From assembly GCA_964406405.1 (NCBI GenBank), contig CAYORN010000004.1, positions 136,163-200,162 of the forward strand: 64,000 bases of DNA, in the 5' to 3' direction. Source of the stretch: an uncultured Alphaproteobacteria bacterium (GTDB lineage: Bacteria; Electryoneota; RPQS01). Below, in pieces: positions 1 through 8,977 of this stretch. Position 1 is the stretch's first letter; each line of letters starts with the position of its first letter. A model generated the notes under the pieces. The model saw only the letters and a list, made by a program, of their open reading frames with translations, ran no database searches and was not told where the DNA came from. Made by a program: the position numbers and the translations under genes.

Positions 1-713
1 GGCCAAGCGGAATAGGTCACGGCCGGCAACGCAAGGCCAAGGCTCACCCAGCGGAAAAGCGCGGAGTACCCGGCCTCGATCCCCGTGAAGTCACCGGCAT
101 ATTGAGAAATCGAGAGCAGCATGATATTCGACGCGCACGCTCCCGCAATTCCCATGCGCGCGATCAGTCGTCGCGCCTCGCTTCTTCGCGCCGCGGAATC
201 GCTGTCCTGAATGATCGGATGCGGAGTATAGCCGATGCGATCCAGCGTCTGCGCGATCCGGCTGAGGTTTTCCTCGCGAGGGTCGAAGACGATCTCAACC
301 GTCGCCTTGCCCAGATTCAGATGCGCAAACCGAACTTTGGTCTGCTCCAAGAGGATTTTCTCGACAAGCCAGCTGCAGGCCACGCAGTGAACACCATCGA
401 GATACAACTCAACGCGGCAGCCGCTATCGGCGCGCGCCTCGGCAAAGCGGCAAAGATACTCAGGATCGTCAAGGTACTCGAATGACTTGCCGCTGACGCG
501 CGCGGGACTCTGGAGACCTTCAGGGTAAAGGTCGCGCAGCCGATAGTATTCTTCCAGATTGCACTCATGGAGAATTTGCCACACGGTTTCGCACCCGGCA
601 CAGCAGAACTGCGTCTCCGCACCGCTCACCAGCCGCAAGGATGGCACCGGCAAATTGCAATGCGAGCAAAGACGCACGGTTCTCTCTGTAGTCGCTAAAG
701 GGGCTTTGTCCAC
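1..713 (-). CDS. Copper/heavy-metal translocating P-type ATPase, N-terminal part only (CcoI/FixI-like); the rest of the gene lies left of the window
   Basis: Not in the ORF track because there is no stop inside the window. My own minus-strand translation reads ...RTVRLCSHCNLPVPSLRLVSGAETQFCCAGCETVWQILHECNLEEYYRLRD...VELYLDGVHCVACSWLVEKILLEQ...RLIARMGIAGACASNIMLLSISQY... This gives the CxxC...CCxGC cysteine cluster typical of FixI/CcoI, an HMA-like GxxCxxC motif, then the first TM helices. Start uncertain (GTG at 713 or 677). Confidence 0.55.
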   Translation of the reverse strand, partial: MDKAPLATTERTVRLCSHCNLPVPSLRLVSGAETQFCCAGCETVWQILHECNLEEYYRLRDLYPEGLQSPARVSGKSFEYLDDPEYLCRFAEARADSGCRVELYLDGVHCVACSWLVEKILLEQTKVRFAHLNLGKATVEIVFDPREENLSRIAQTLDRIGYTPHPIIQDSDSAARRSEARRLIARMGIAGACASNIMLLSISQYAGDFTGIEAGYSALFRWVSLGLALPAVTYSAW

Positions 714-865
714 GAAGATCGTCAACGCTGAAATCCTGCTGATAAGATACGATCAGTCAATAAGCACTTTTCCGGGCAAGGTGCCGGGTATTCCGGTGTC
801 GCTATTTGGGAATTCTTTCCCAAGCACATGCAAAGCCGAATCTGGTCATGCCGAACGCTGCCGGC

Positions 866-2341
866 CTAAACCCCGAACGGATTCTGCGGCTTGCCGAGAA
901 CTCCCGTGATAACCGATTTCGTCTCGAGATAGGCATCCATCGCCTCCATGCCCATCTCGCGGCCGTAGCCGGACTGTTTGTATCCGCCGAACGGCAGCCC
1001 CGGAAGCGCCGTCACCGTCGTGTTTATGGCCACCGTTCCTGCTTTGATTGCGCGCGCGAATCTGTGTGCCCGTGTGACGTTTTGCGTCCAGACGAGCGCG
1101 GCCAAGCCATAGATCGAATTGTTCGCTTTTGCGATCACTTCATCATCCGACGAGAACTTCGCCAGCACGGCAATCGGCCCGAATATCTCCTCCTGCACGC
1201 AGCGGGCAGTTTCCGGCAAATCCACAATTACCGCTGGCGCAAAGAAATTTCCTTTCGCCAATTCACCGTCGGTTAGGTGATGCCCACCGCAGAGAATCTT
1301 GCCGCCTTCCTTTCTTGCGGATTCGACGAACTCTTCCATCAACTTGATGCGCTCCGGAGAGATGAGCGGCCCGATGTGCGTACTCTTATCGAGCGGATCG
1401 CCGACCTTGAGCGACTTCGCTTTCTCCACGAACCTCTCTGCGAACCGATCATAGAGCGATTCATGAACGTACACTCGCGCGCGGGCGTCACAGGCCTGGC
1501 CACCGCCATAGAAGATAGCGAACAGCGTGCCGTTGACGGCGTCATCAAAGATGGCATCGTCACACACGATGGCGGGAGACTTGCCGCCGAGTTCCATCGT
1601 GAGCCGCTTCATCGTGGCCGCGGATTCGGCGATGATGCGTTTGCCGGTCGCCGTGCCGCCGGTAAAGGAAATCTTGTCCACGCCCGGATGTACGACCAGC
1701 GCCTGTCCAGCCTCTTCACCGAGACCGTGGACAACATTGACCACGCCCTCGGGAATGCCAGCCTCGTGTAGAATACCGACGAGCAAATTGGCCGTGATCG
1801 GCGTCAGTTCGGATGGCTTCAGCACGACCGTACAGCCCGCCGCGAGGGCGGGGGCCAACTTCCACGACTCGAGCATCAATGGGAAGTTCCACGGAGTGAT
1901 CGCCGCTACCACGCCGACCGGCTCTGTCACGGTGTAGCCGAAAAACGCTCCGTGAAGCGGCGGCGTCGAACCTCCCACCTTCGTGGCGGCGCCGGCAAAG
2001 AACTCGAAATCTTCCACGGCCTGACGAATCTCGCCCATCGCATGCGTCAACACCTTGCCGTTATTCATGGTCTCGGCGCGCGCCAGCTCTTCCGTGCGCG
2101 ACTCGATCAACTGCGCAGCTTTGAAAAGCAGTTTGGTGCGCTGGCTCGGCGCGATGCGCGCCCACTTGCCTTCGAACGCCGCGCGCGCCGCCTTCACCGC
2201 TGCATCTATATCAGGCGCGGTGGAGGCCGCCACGGTGCCGATCAGCTCACCGGTCGCCGGATTGTGGATTGGCAGCGTCTTCCCGGTCGAAGCGGGAACG
2301 GTTTTGCCATTGATGATATTCGCGTAGAAGTTTTCAGACAA
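866..2341 (-). CDS. NAD(P)-dependent aldehyde dehydrogenase
   Basis: 491 aa. Classic ALDH motifs are present: VVAAITPWNFPL, ELGGKSP, and a catalytic Cys region in ...FYGGGQACDARARVYV. TTG start with AGGA 9 nt upstream. Confidence 0.9.
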   Translation of the reverse strand: MSENFYANIINGKTVPASTGKTLPIHNPATGELIGTVAASTAPDIDAAVKAARAAFEGKWARIAPSQRTKLLFKAAQLIESRTEELARAETMNNGKVLTHAMGEIRQAVEDFEFFAGAATKVGGSTPPLHGAFFGYTVTEPVGVVAAITPWNFPLMLESWKLAPALAAGCTVVLKPSELTPITANLLVGILHEAGIPEGVVNVVHGLGEEAGQALVVHPGVDKISFTGGTATGKRIIAESAATMKRLTMELGGKSPAIVCDDAIFDDAVNGTLFAIFYGGGQACDARARVYVHESLYDRFAERFVEKAKSLKVGDPLDKSTHIGPLISPERIKLMEEFVESARKEGGKILCGGHHLTDGELAKGNFFAPAVIVDLPETARCVQEEIFGPIAVLAKFSSDDEVIAKANNSIYGLAALVWTQNVTRAHRFARAIKAGTVAINTTVTALPGLPFGGYKQSGYGREMGMEAMDAYLETKSVITGVLGKPQNPFGV

Positions 2342-2352
2342 GTGAAATGTCC

Positions 2353-2952
2353 TTAGTCATGAGGAAAGTCTTTCTGGGGTGCCGCGCCGCTCTCCCATTC
2401 CTGCCGGAGTAACGAGAACAACACGCGATCCTGCCATATCTCGTTGATCAGCACCGCCTGCCGCAGCACGCCTTCACGCACAAAGCCGTTGCGGTGCAGA
2501 GTTTTCATCGCGCCGCTGTTGAAGGCGCCGGTCATGGCCTCCAGTCTGTGCGCTCCCTGTTCGCGGAAGAGGCAATCGCGCAGGATTTGTAAGGCTTCCG
2601 TGCCGTAGCCATGTCCTCGTAACTCCTTCGGCCCGATCAAACCGCCGACTTGAAAAATGCCCGGGCTTTCCGGGCCGCTGCGCTCCACCAGCATCCACGA
2701 GCACTCGCCGATCGGCCGCAAGGAGTCCAACTCTTCCATGATAAAGGTTCCCGCCAGCCCCCATTCGACGTCATGATCGAGCCAGAAACGATACTCCTCC
2801 TGAAATGCTTCTTCATCGTCTGTCGCGAAGGGTATGCCGTCGTAGAGCGACATCAAGTGCGGATCGCTGTACCATTCGAAGAGCTGCGGAATGTCCTTCA
2901 CCTCGACGGGCCGCAGGCGCAGGCGCTTACCTTCGAGCAGATTACCACTCAT
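2353..2952 (-). CDS. GNAT family N-acetyltransferase (RimJ/RimL-like)
   Basis: LEGKRLRLRPVEVKDIPQLFEWYSD... and a ...GHGYGTEAL...A.NSGAMK..GF acetyl-CoA binding pattern. I chose the ATG at 2952 (MSGNLLEG), which forms an ATGA-type overlap with the Rieske gene stop. The ORF-track start at 2967 would overlap further. Confidence 0.75.
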   Translation of the reverse strand: MSGNLLEGKRLRLRPVEVKDIPQLFEWYSDPHLMSLYDGIPFATDDEEAFQEEYRFWLDHDVEWGLAGTFIMEELDSLRPIGECSWMLVERSGPESPGIFQVGGLIGPKELRGHGYGTEALQILRDCLFREQGAHRLEAMTGAFNSGAMKTLHRNGFVREGVLRQAVLINEIWQDRVLFSLLRQEWESGAAPQKDFPHD

Positions 2953-3280
2953 CTTCTTCGGCCTCAAATTGCACCAGCACGCTGCCGTCCTCGACTTTCA
3001 CCGGATAGACTTTCAGAAAGGCAATACCCGGCGTCGGCTTGATGGCTTTGCCGGTTGCCAGATCGAAGCAGTAGTGATGCGCGAGGCATTCCACCGTATT
3101 CTCCTCCAGTACCGCCTTCGACATCAGTTCGAAGGCGTGCGGGCAGCGCCCCTCCGTGCACCATACGTTCTCGCCCTGGCGGAACACGGCCACTTCCGCG
3201 CCGTCGAGTTCCACGGTGATGCCCGCGCCATCAGGGATCTCGTCCACCCGGCAGATTCTCCGAAACGGAATGTCAGACAT
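2942..3280 (-). CDS. Rieske [2Fe-2S] ferredoxin-type protein
   Basis: 112 aa with CPH...(17)...CLAHH, which fits the Rieske CxH/CxxH ligand spacing. Size and layout match oxygenase ferredoxin subunits. Confidence 0.8.
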   Translation of the reverse strand: MSDIPFRRICRVDEIPDGAGITVELDGAEVAVFRQGENVWCTEGRCPHAFELMSKAVLEENTVECLAHHYCFDLATGKAIKPTPGIAFLKVYPVKVEDGSVLVQFEAEEDEW

Positions 3281-3322
3281 GCTTGTCGGTTTGTCGGCTT
3301 CTCCGCCTGTCCGCCTGTTCGA

Positions 3323-3652
3323 TCATTCCCACACTCGCCGATGTTTCGGCTTGTGGCTGCCGTTCTTCTTGTACGCGGGAAGACTCGGATCGAGTTCATC
3401 GTCCGATCCTGCTGTCGACGTTTCATGCACCGCATGGAAATCCACATCCCGTTTCGCATTCAGCACCGCGAGCAGCTTGTCCACATCAAAGATCGCGTGA
3501 TAGTGCGCCGCTTTCTCGAGCGATGCGGTCATGGCGACGACGGTGGACGGCACAAGGTGCAGGCTCCACTCGTCAAGCACGGAGATCAGCCCCGGATTGT
3601 GCTTCAGGATATCGTGTAGCGGTGTGTCTTTGTCAAACGTCTTTTCTGGCAT
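3323..3652 (-). CDS. Small DUF1858-like protein (hybrid-cluster-associated redox domain lacking the cysteines), function unknown
   Basis: 109 aa. The N-terminal TPLHDILKHNPGLISVLDEW...SLEKAAHYHAIFDVDKLLAVLN resembles DUF1858 helices from memory. The C-terminal tail is basic. Only 3 nt separate it from the upstream PaaA-like gene. Confidence 0.4.
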   Translation of the reverse strand: MPEKTFDKDTPLHDILKHNPGLISVLDEWSLHLVPSTVVAMTASLEKAAHYHAIFDVDKLLAVLNAKRDVDFHAVHETSTAGSDDELDPSLPAYKKNGSHKPKHRRVWE

Positions 3653-3655
3653 GGC

Positions 3656-4483
3656 TTACCCCGCCACCGCTGCATCCATCGGCAGTCTTGTCCAATCGGC
3701 CGGAACCTCCCATACGGGCTTGCGCAGCTCGGCTTCGGCCACCACGCCGTACACTTCCCCGGCGAACGTCATCCGCGTTTCGTGGTTGTCGCGCTTCTTG
3801 AGGCCGTACCTGATGTACGATTTGTTGCGCGGGCTGTTGGGACGGCCGAAAATATTCATCACGCGCGGAAACCAGCGGTCGAGCGCTTCCTGCGTCGCTT
3901 CCTTATGCTTGGGGTTGCGGCCGAGGCGCTTCAGCCAGTAGTCACCGTGCGCGATGTGCATCTCCTCTTCCTTCATAATGCCCTCCATCACCGCGCGCCA
4001 CGGACCGAAGGAACTCTCGGTGGCGTCCTGCAATTGATGACCCGCGCCGCGGTCCATCAGCACGTTGAACATGATGAAATCGTACCACGTATTGATCGGG
4101 TAGTAAAAAATGTTCACGCGCTGATCCTGGGCGGCGCGAGTCGCGCCCAGTTCAATCTCATCTCCGACGCGAAGGGTGAAGTCAAACTGCTTGACGCGAT
4201 CTTCGATATCCACGCCGAGATCTTCCAGCAGTTGGTACATGACGCGGGCGTGGCGCACTTCGTCATGCGCAATTGCCGACACCGTGAGCATTTCCTTGGT
4301 CGAGACCGCCTTCATAATCCACGGCACGTAGCCGAATGCTCCCGCGAGTTCGGAATCGGCCTGCATGAGCATCAGATTAATCAGATTTTCTTTATAGCCT
4401 TCGGTCATCTCTTCCGGGCTATTGATCGTTTCGCCGCGGCGAATCTTCTCTAAGAGCCGCTGCTCCTTATCCTGCTCCGTCAT
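3656..4483 (-). CDS. PaaA-family diiron oxygenase (1,2-phenylacetyl-CoA epoxidase subunit A-like)
   Basis: Aligns by eye to E. coli PaaA blocks: YKENLINLMLMQADSELAG, AHDEVRHARVMY, IFYYPINTWYDFIMFNVLMDRGAGHQL, SFGPWRAVMEGIMKEEEMHIAHG and RWFPRVMNIFGRP (E, ExxH, E, ExxH ligands). Start set to the ATG at 4483 (MTEQDK), preceded by GGGAGA. The longer track ORF would overlap the upstream gene. Confidence 0.8.
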   Translation of the reverse strand: MTEQDKEQRLLEKIRRGETINSPEEMTEGYKENLINLMLMQADSELAGAFGYVPWIMKAVSTKEMLTVSAIAHDEVRHARVMYQLLEDLGVDIEDRVKQFDFTLRVGDEIELGATRAAQDQRVNIFYYPINTWYDFIMFNVLMDRGAGHQLQDATESSFGPWRAVMEGIMKEEEMHIAHGDYWLKRLGRNPKHKEATQEALDRWFPRVMNIFGRPNSPRNKSYIRYGLKKRDNHETRMTFAGEVYGVVAEAELRKPVWEVPADWTRLPMDAAVAG

Positions 4484-4512
4484 AGCTTCATCTCCCTTAT
4501 CTGATGATCTTC

Positions 4513-5304
4513 CTATTTGCCCTTGAAACTCGGCTTCCGTTTCTCGTTGAACGCGGCCACGCCTTCCGTGTAATCCTCGGACTGCCCGGCAATTTCCTGC
4601 ATCCACGCTTCGTATTCGAGTGCCGCTTCCAGATTCGCGGTGAACATGCGGTTCAGACCGCGCTTGATCAGGCCAATCGCCTTTGTCGGAGCCGCCGCGT
4701 ATTTCTCAGCCAGTTCACGCGTCCTCACAAGCACTTGATCGTCCGGCACAACCTCGTAGACCAGACCCAGCTCCCTCATTTCGTTGGAGTCGAGCTTACG
4801 CCCGCTGGTCGTAATCTCGAAAGCGCGATGATAGCCGAGCGATTGTGCGAGAAACCACGTCGAACCGGAGTCCGGCACCAGTCCCACGTTGACAAACGAC
4901 TGAATCATGCTGGACGATTCCGCGGCGATGATCAGGTCGCAGGCGAGCGCCAAACTCATTCCCGCCCCCGCAGCAACACCATTCATCGCGCAGAGTACCG
5001 GCTTCTCCAATTGCCGGATGCGGAGGATATTCGGATTGTAGTTCTTGCGCAGCGAATCGCCGAGATTGCGCCCCGGTATGTCCTTGATCTCTTTCAAATC
5101 CTGCCCACTGCAAAACGCCTTGCCCGCGCCGCTGAGAATCACCGCGCGCACGCTCTCGTCCTTGCCCGCTTCTTTGAAGGCTTCGCCGAGATCGCGGTGC
5201 AGTTGGTTGCTGAACGCGTTGTAGCGCTCGGGACGATTCAGTGTGATCATGGCAACCGCGCCGGACTTTTCGTAGCGGATAGTCCGCAAAGGCATTTGAG
5301 CCAT
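4513..5304 (-). CDS. Enoyl-CoA hydratase/isomerase family protein (PaaG-like)
   Basis: Crotonase fold motifs: VILSGAGKAFCSGQDL, MNGVAAGAGMSLALACDL and ...EGVAAFNEKRKPSFKGK. Start set to the ATG at 5304 (MAQMPLRTIRYEK) to avoid overlapping the next gene. Confidence 0.8.
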   Translation of the reverse strand: MAQMPLRTIRYEKSGAVAMITLNRPERYNAFSNQLHRDLGEAFKEAGKDESVRAVILSGAGKAFCSGQDLKEIKDIPGRNLGDSLRKNYNPNILRIRQLEKPVLCAMNGVAAGAGMSLALACDLIIAAESSSMIQSFVNVGLVPDSGSTWFLAQSLGYHRAFEITTSGRKLDSNEMRELGLVYEVVPDDQVLVRTRELAEKYAAAPTKAIGLIKRGLNRMFTANLEAALEYEAWMQEIAGQSEDYTEGVAAFNEKRKPSFKGK

Positions 5305-5305
5305 T

Positions 5306-6130
5306 TCAGTTCCCAAATCGTTTTTCACATTCGTTGAAAAATTTCGATTTATCACCACCATTGGCACAAATCTCATTCTTGGACACTTTCCAAACTCTCC
5401 ACAATTCTTCGCGAATCATATTCCAAAGCACGCTTTCCGAAGAGTGCAGTTCAAGTTGTGGCTGACTAATTGACTGCTTGCCGTGAAGATAAAAGGAGAT
5501 ATAAGCCTTGTCGTCAATTAGAAATATGCAGAGCGAAGGCAGCAATTGATACGTGCTGACAGTGAGTTTCGAGTGTACTGTTCCGGATGTTACCCATTGG
5601 CGAGCTTTGCCGACAAAATCAGGCGGTCTGTCAGATCCAAGTGATTCGACGTTTTCCCACGACTCGTCCCAGCGCTGTTGGAGGGTTGACGAGCTAGGAT
5701 CAAGCATCAGAATGTGAATCTCAAGGTTTCTCTTCTCCGTAGATTTTCTTAGAGGTTTCATATACTCTTCGAATGCAGGAATCCACGTAGTAAGAATTAT
5801 GACCCGTTGCTTTGCACTTTCTAGTGCAGTGCGAACGGTTGGCGGAAGTGATTCGTGAAGATCCCTCAGTCCAAACTCATGATAGAGCCTGCCTTGTTTG
5901 CCAAACGCTACGTGAGTTAGAAACTCCTCAGTGAAGTCGCTTCTCCACAAGAACTCATATATCAGTGCCACGAGACCGGCCACAAGAAGAGTCTGTCCAA
6001 ATTCCCTCTGGACATTTTCTTCGCGTGCCGTGAGGATGAGAATTACACCAACTGATGCAACGAAGAAAATAGCAGCAATCAACTTCCAGCGCAGGTTCTT
6101 TCCCATTTGAATCAAATCCTTTCGATTCAA
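5306..6130 (-). CDS. Hypothetical 2-TM membrane protein with a C-terminal PLD-like/DUF5919-like domain (low-GC insert)
   Basis: Two N-terminal hydrophobic helices (WKLIAAIFFVASVGVILILTA and LLVAGLVALIYEFLW). The C-terminal part, RVIILTTWIPAFEEY...LEIHILMLDPSS...HSKLTVSTYQLLPSLCIFLIDDKAYISFYLHG, resembles the DUF5919-type pattern from memory. Visibly AT-richer than its neighbours. Start is TTG 6130 or ATG 6106. Confidence 0.55.
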   Translation of the reverse strand: MNRKDLIQMGKNLRWKLIAAIFFVASVGVILILTAREENVQREFGQTLLVAGLVALIYEFLWRSDFTEEFLTHVAFGKQGRLYHEFGLRDLHESLPPTVRTALESAKQRVIILTTWIPAFEEYMKPLRKSTEKRNLEIHILMLDPSSSTLQQRWDESWENVESLGSDRPPDFVGKARQWVTSGTVHSKLTVSTYQLLPSLCIFLIDDKAYISFYLHGKQSISQPQLELHSSESVLWNMIREELWRVWKVSKNEICANGGDKSKFFNECEKRFGN

Positions 6131-6306
6131 TGTAAGTTGAAGTAATCACACAGATGATTCGGTTCTCTTTTAGATTGTGGCTGGGTGCTTCTCGAATTAA
6201 ACTTGAAAGCCTTCGTTTTAGTTTACGGTCGTAAGAAGTAAAACAAGAAACTGCTTTGATTTGTGAGTGAACAATTAAGGAGAGATCAGAGCTAATGTCA
6301 ATCGAG

Positions 6307-6984
6307 TCAGGTTGTCGAGTTTACCGCACGATCAAGTGTCCGTGGCTCAGTATGTGACCCCTCCCTCAGCCCATACGATTGCGACAACTTTTGTCCATCT
6401 ATTAACTCATTCTCAAGAGCAATCATGGCATTGTAATTCAGGGAATATACAACCGGAACCGCCAGGTCAAGTGAAGTATGGCTTTGTCTTACAGCGTTTT
6501 CCAGCTTTTTCTTCGTTTCATCGTCACTTCTGCTGCCGGAAATAGACCCGTGCCGCGTTGCAGTGTCCCTGTCAGCGTTGTACTTGTCAAGCTCCAAGAT
6601 TCTATTAAGCACGTCGTCAAATTTTGCGTTTAAGTGGGCGTGCTCTTCAATTGTCTTGATTACCAATTGAACGGCACTTGGATCTGATAACAACGAAGGA
6701 ATGGAGCGAACCATGTTGTCATACGAGACGAGCGGAAGTCTGAATGAGGGCAAGTGTCCAGTGGGTGCCATGGCCCAGTAGTCTCGAATTCTCTTGGAAC
6801 AAATTACGAGATGTTGATGCAATCCGAGAAGCTGCAAGGCGCGACTCTTTGATTCGTTTTCACGTTGCTCGCGAACCCGATCTCTGCGATCTCGATTCGA
6901 AATGTAAAGCGCCAAGATTACGGCGGCAGTAGTAGCGATAGCTGCAATCGCGTCCCAATTAATTTCCCAATCCTGCCAGCACAC
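6307..6984 (-). CDS. Hypothetical 1-TM protein, helical C-terminal region (low-GC insert)
   Basis: 225 aa. One N-terminal TM (AIAAIATTAAVILALYIS), followed by a charged RDRRDRVREQRENE stretch and a helical region with no motif I recognise. GTG start. It is packed 2 nt from the upstream crotonase stop. Confidence 0.5.
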   Translation of the reverse strand: MCWQDWEINWDAIAAIATTAAVILALYISNRDRRDRVREQRENESKSRALQLLGLHQHLVICSKRIRDYWAMAPTGHLPSFRLPLVSYDNMVRSIPSLLSDPSAVQLVIKTIEEHAHLNAKFDDVLNRILELDKYNADRDTATRHGSISGSRSDDETKKKLENAVRQSHTSLDLAVPVVYSLNYNAMIALENELIDGQKLSQSYGLREGSHTEPRTLDRAVNSTT

Positions 6985-6986
6985 TT

Positions 6987-7763
6987 TTATTTCCCTCTGA
7001 AGTTCGGATTCCGCTTTTCCATAAACGCCTGCATCCCTTCTTTTTGATCTTCGGTCGCGAAAAGCAAATAGAAATTCTTGCGCTCGAATTCCAACCCATC
7101 GAGCAGGAACGACTCGTAAACCTTGTTGATCGCTTCCTTCGCCAATCGAACAGCCACCGGCGGCATGGCAGCTATCTCCCGCGCGAGCTTCTGCGCTTCG
7201 GACAAATAGACTTCAACCGGCACGACCTTGTTCACCAGCCCAAACTCATACGCTTCTTTTGCGCTGATCAACTTTCCGGTGAGGACCATCTCCATCGCAC
7301 GCACTTTGCCGATGGCTCGGGTCAATCGCTGTGTTCCACCCGCGCCCGGCATCACGCCGATCTTGATCTCCGGCTGCCCGAACTGTGCGGTCTCTGAAGC
7401 AATCACCATGTCGCAATGCATCATCAGTTCGCATCCGCCGCCGAGCGCAAACCCGGACACCGCTGCGATGATGGGCTTCTTGATCCTGCGGATGCGGTCC
7501 CACTTCGCGAACTGGTCGCGTAGGAGCATCGTCGTGGAGTCGGCGCCGGCCATCTCCATGATGTCGGCCCCGGCCGCAAACGCGCGCTCGTTTCCTGTCA
7601 GCACAATCGCGCGAATCTCCTCATCACGATCCAGCTCTTCGAGCAGCGTCGCGAGTTCGTCCATCAATGCCATGTTCAGCGCATTGAGCTGTTTGGGACG
7701 GTTCAGGGAGACGGTGGCGACATAGCCCTCGCGGTCGAGTTTCAAATACTGAAGGTCTGGCAT
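6987..7763 (-). CDS. Enoyl-CoA hydratase (crotonase, PaaF/Ech-like)
   Basis: 258 aa with VLTGNERAFAAGADI, VSGFALGGGCELMMHCD and EGMQAFMEKRNPNFRGK. Confidence 0.9.
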   Translation of the reverse strand: MPDLQYLKLDREGYVATVSLNRPKQLNALNMALMDELATLLEELDRDEEIRAIVLTGNERAFAAGADIMEMAGADSTTMLLRDQFAKWDRIRRIKKPIIAAVSGFALGGGCELMMHCDMVIASETAQFGQPEIKIGVMPGAGGTQRLTRAIGKVRAMEMVLTGKLISAKEAYEFGLVNKVVPVEVYLSEAQKLAREIAAMPPVAVRLAKEAINKVYESFLLDGLEFERKNFYLLFATEDQKEGMQAFMEKRNPNFRGK

Positions 7764-7769
7764 AGGAAT

Positions 7770-8615
7770 TTACTTGAGAAGATCCTTGTTCACCTTCTTG
7801 TAATCCGGCTTCCGCTTTTCATTGAACGCTTTCACCGCTTCCTGAGTCTCGGAGGAATTAGCGTGGACTGCGAGCCAATCGCGCGCGTGGCCGACCGTCA
7901 ATCCCCATGAGAAGTCGCGCCAGAAATTGAGCTGCTGCTTCAAATAGCGCGTCACGTCAGGCAACTTGCTTTCGAGTTTGGTGGCCATGCGATCCACGGC
8001 GGCATCGAGGTTCGCGCGCGGCACCACTTCATTGACCAAACCCCACTCGAGCGCCTTTTGCGCCGGGATTTCCTCACACAGATAGAGGATTTCGCGCGCG
8101 CGGCGGTCGCCCACGATCAGCGGCAGCCATTGCGTCGCGCCGCCCGCCGCAACGCTGCCGTGCGCCGCGCCCACCTGCCGAATGTAGATGTCGTCTGCCG
8201 CAATCGCCAGATCGCAGCTCATGTTGAACTCGTTGCCTCCGCCGACCACAATGCCGTTGAGCCGCGCTATGCTCGGCTTGCCAATGTTCCGTAGCCGGTC
8301 GTGCGCCTCGATGAACGCGCCCATCCATTTCCAATAGTCGTGCGGCCGCGCAAAGAATTGCTGCTGCTCGCTCAGATCGGCCCCGGTGCAAAACGCCTTG
8401 TCGCCCGCGCCCGTAAGGATCAGCACGCGCACCGCATCGTCATAAGATGCATCTTCAAACGCGGCGCTCATCTCCTTCAACATCGCAAAGTTGAAGCAGT
8501 TATGCACCTGCGGCCGGTTCAGCGTCACCGTGGCACGGGCGCCGTGCTTCGCATACAGAATGTGTTGAAACTGAAAGCTGTCCGCGGGTCGAGCTTTAAA
8601 GTCTGCGGCCATCAA
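7770..8615 (-). CDS. Enoyl-CoA hydratase/isomerase family protein (MenB/BadI-like branch)
   Basis: 281 aa with ILTGAGDKAFCTGAD, NGIVVGGGNEFNMSCDLAIAADD and RAREILYLCEEIPAQKALEWGLVNEVVP, which resembles MenB/BadI-type crotonases. Confidence 0.75.
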   Translation of the reverse strand: MMAADFKARPADSFQFQHILYAKHGARATVTLNRPQVHNCFNFAMLKEMSAAFEDASYDDAVRVLILTGAGDKAFCTGADLSEQQQFFARPHDYWKWMGAFIEAHDRLRNIGKPSIARLNGIVVGGGNEFNMSCDLAIAADDIYIRQVGAAHGSVAAGGATQWLPLIVGDRRAREILYLCEEIPAQKALEWGLVNEVVPRANLDAAVDRMATKLESKLPDVTRYLKQQLNFWRDFSWGLTVGHARDWLAVHANSSETQEAVKAFNEKRKPDYKKVNKDLLK

Positions 8616-8950
8616 ATCCGCTCCTCAACATTCAGTGGCAAGATTGTCGGCGTGATCTTCTCCGCGCTGTAGAACTCGACGATGTCCTTGGCGAACGACA
8701 TCAGATTCGCCCCGGCCTCGGCATTTTCCGATGATTTCATGGCGGACTTGAGCGCGTCCATGTCCGCGAACGTCAGCACAGACATCTGATAATACTTCGC
8801 GGGGCCGTCTTTGCCAGGAAGTGTTTTGGAGACTTCGAGGGAGATCAGGCCGGGGATCTTCTTGGCGAGCGGCAGGTGAGTATTCCAGTACGCCGCGTCA
8901 AACGCCTGCGGATGGGCAGGCTGGCGAAAAAGAACAATGAGTTGGTACAT
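8612..8950 (-). CDS. EthD family protein
   Basis: 112 aa. MYQLIVLFRQPAHPQAFDAAYWNTHLPLAKKIPGL... is the typical EthD/TIGR02118 N-terminus. 4-nt overlap with the downstream gene. Confidence 0.65.
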   Translation of the reverse strand: MYQLIVLFRQPAHPQAFDAAYWNTHLPLAKKIPGLISLEVSKTLPGKDGPAKYYQMSVLTFADMDALKSAMKSSENAEAGANLMSFAKDIVEFYSAEKITPTILPLNVEERI

Positions 8951-8977
8951 GGGGGAGAGGAGTTGCTGAAAGTCTGA

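Noticed and set aside
3656-4606. N-terminal extensions given by the ORF track for several genes (3656-4606, 4513-5376, 17329-18597, 36995-37843, 53537-54730, 56389-58059).
   Set aside because: The extensions overlap the upstream gene or consist of Arg/Cys-rich junk. In each case an internal ATG with an RBS and/or a proper signal peptide gives the family-typical N-terminus, so I shortened the calls.
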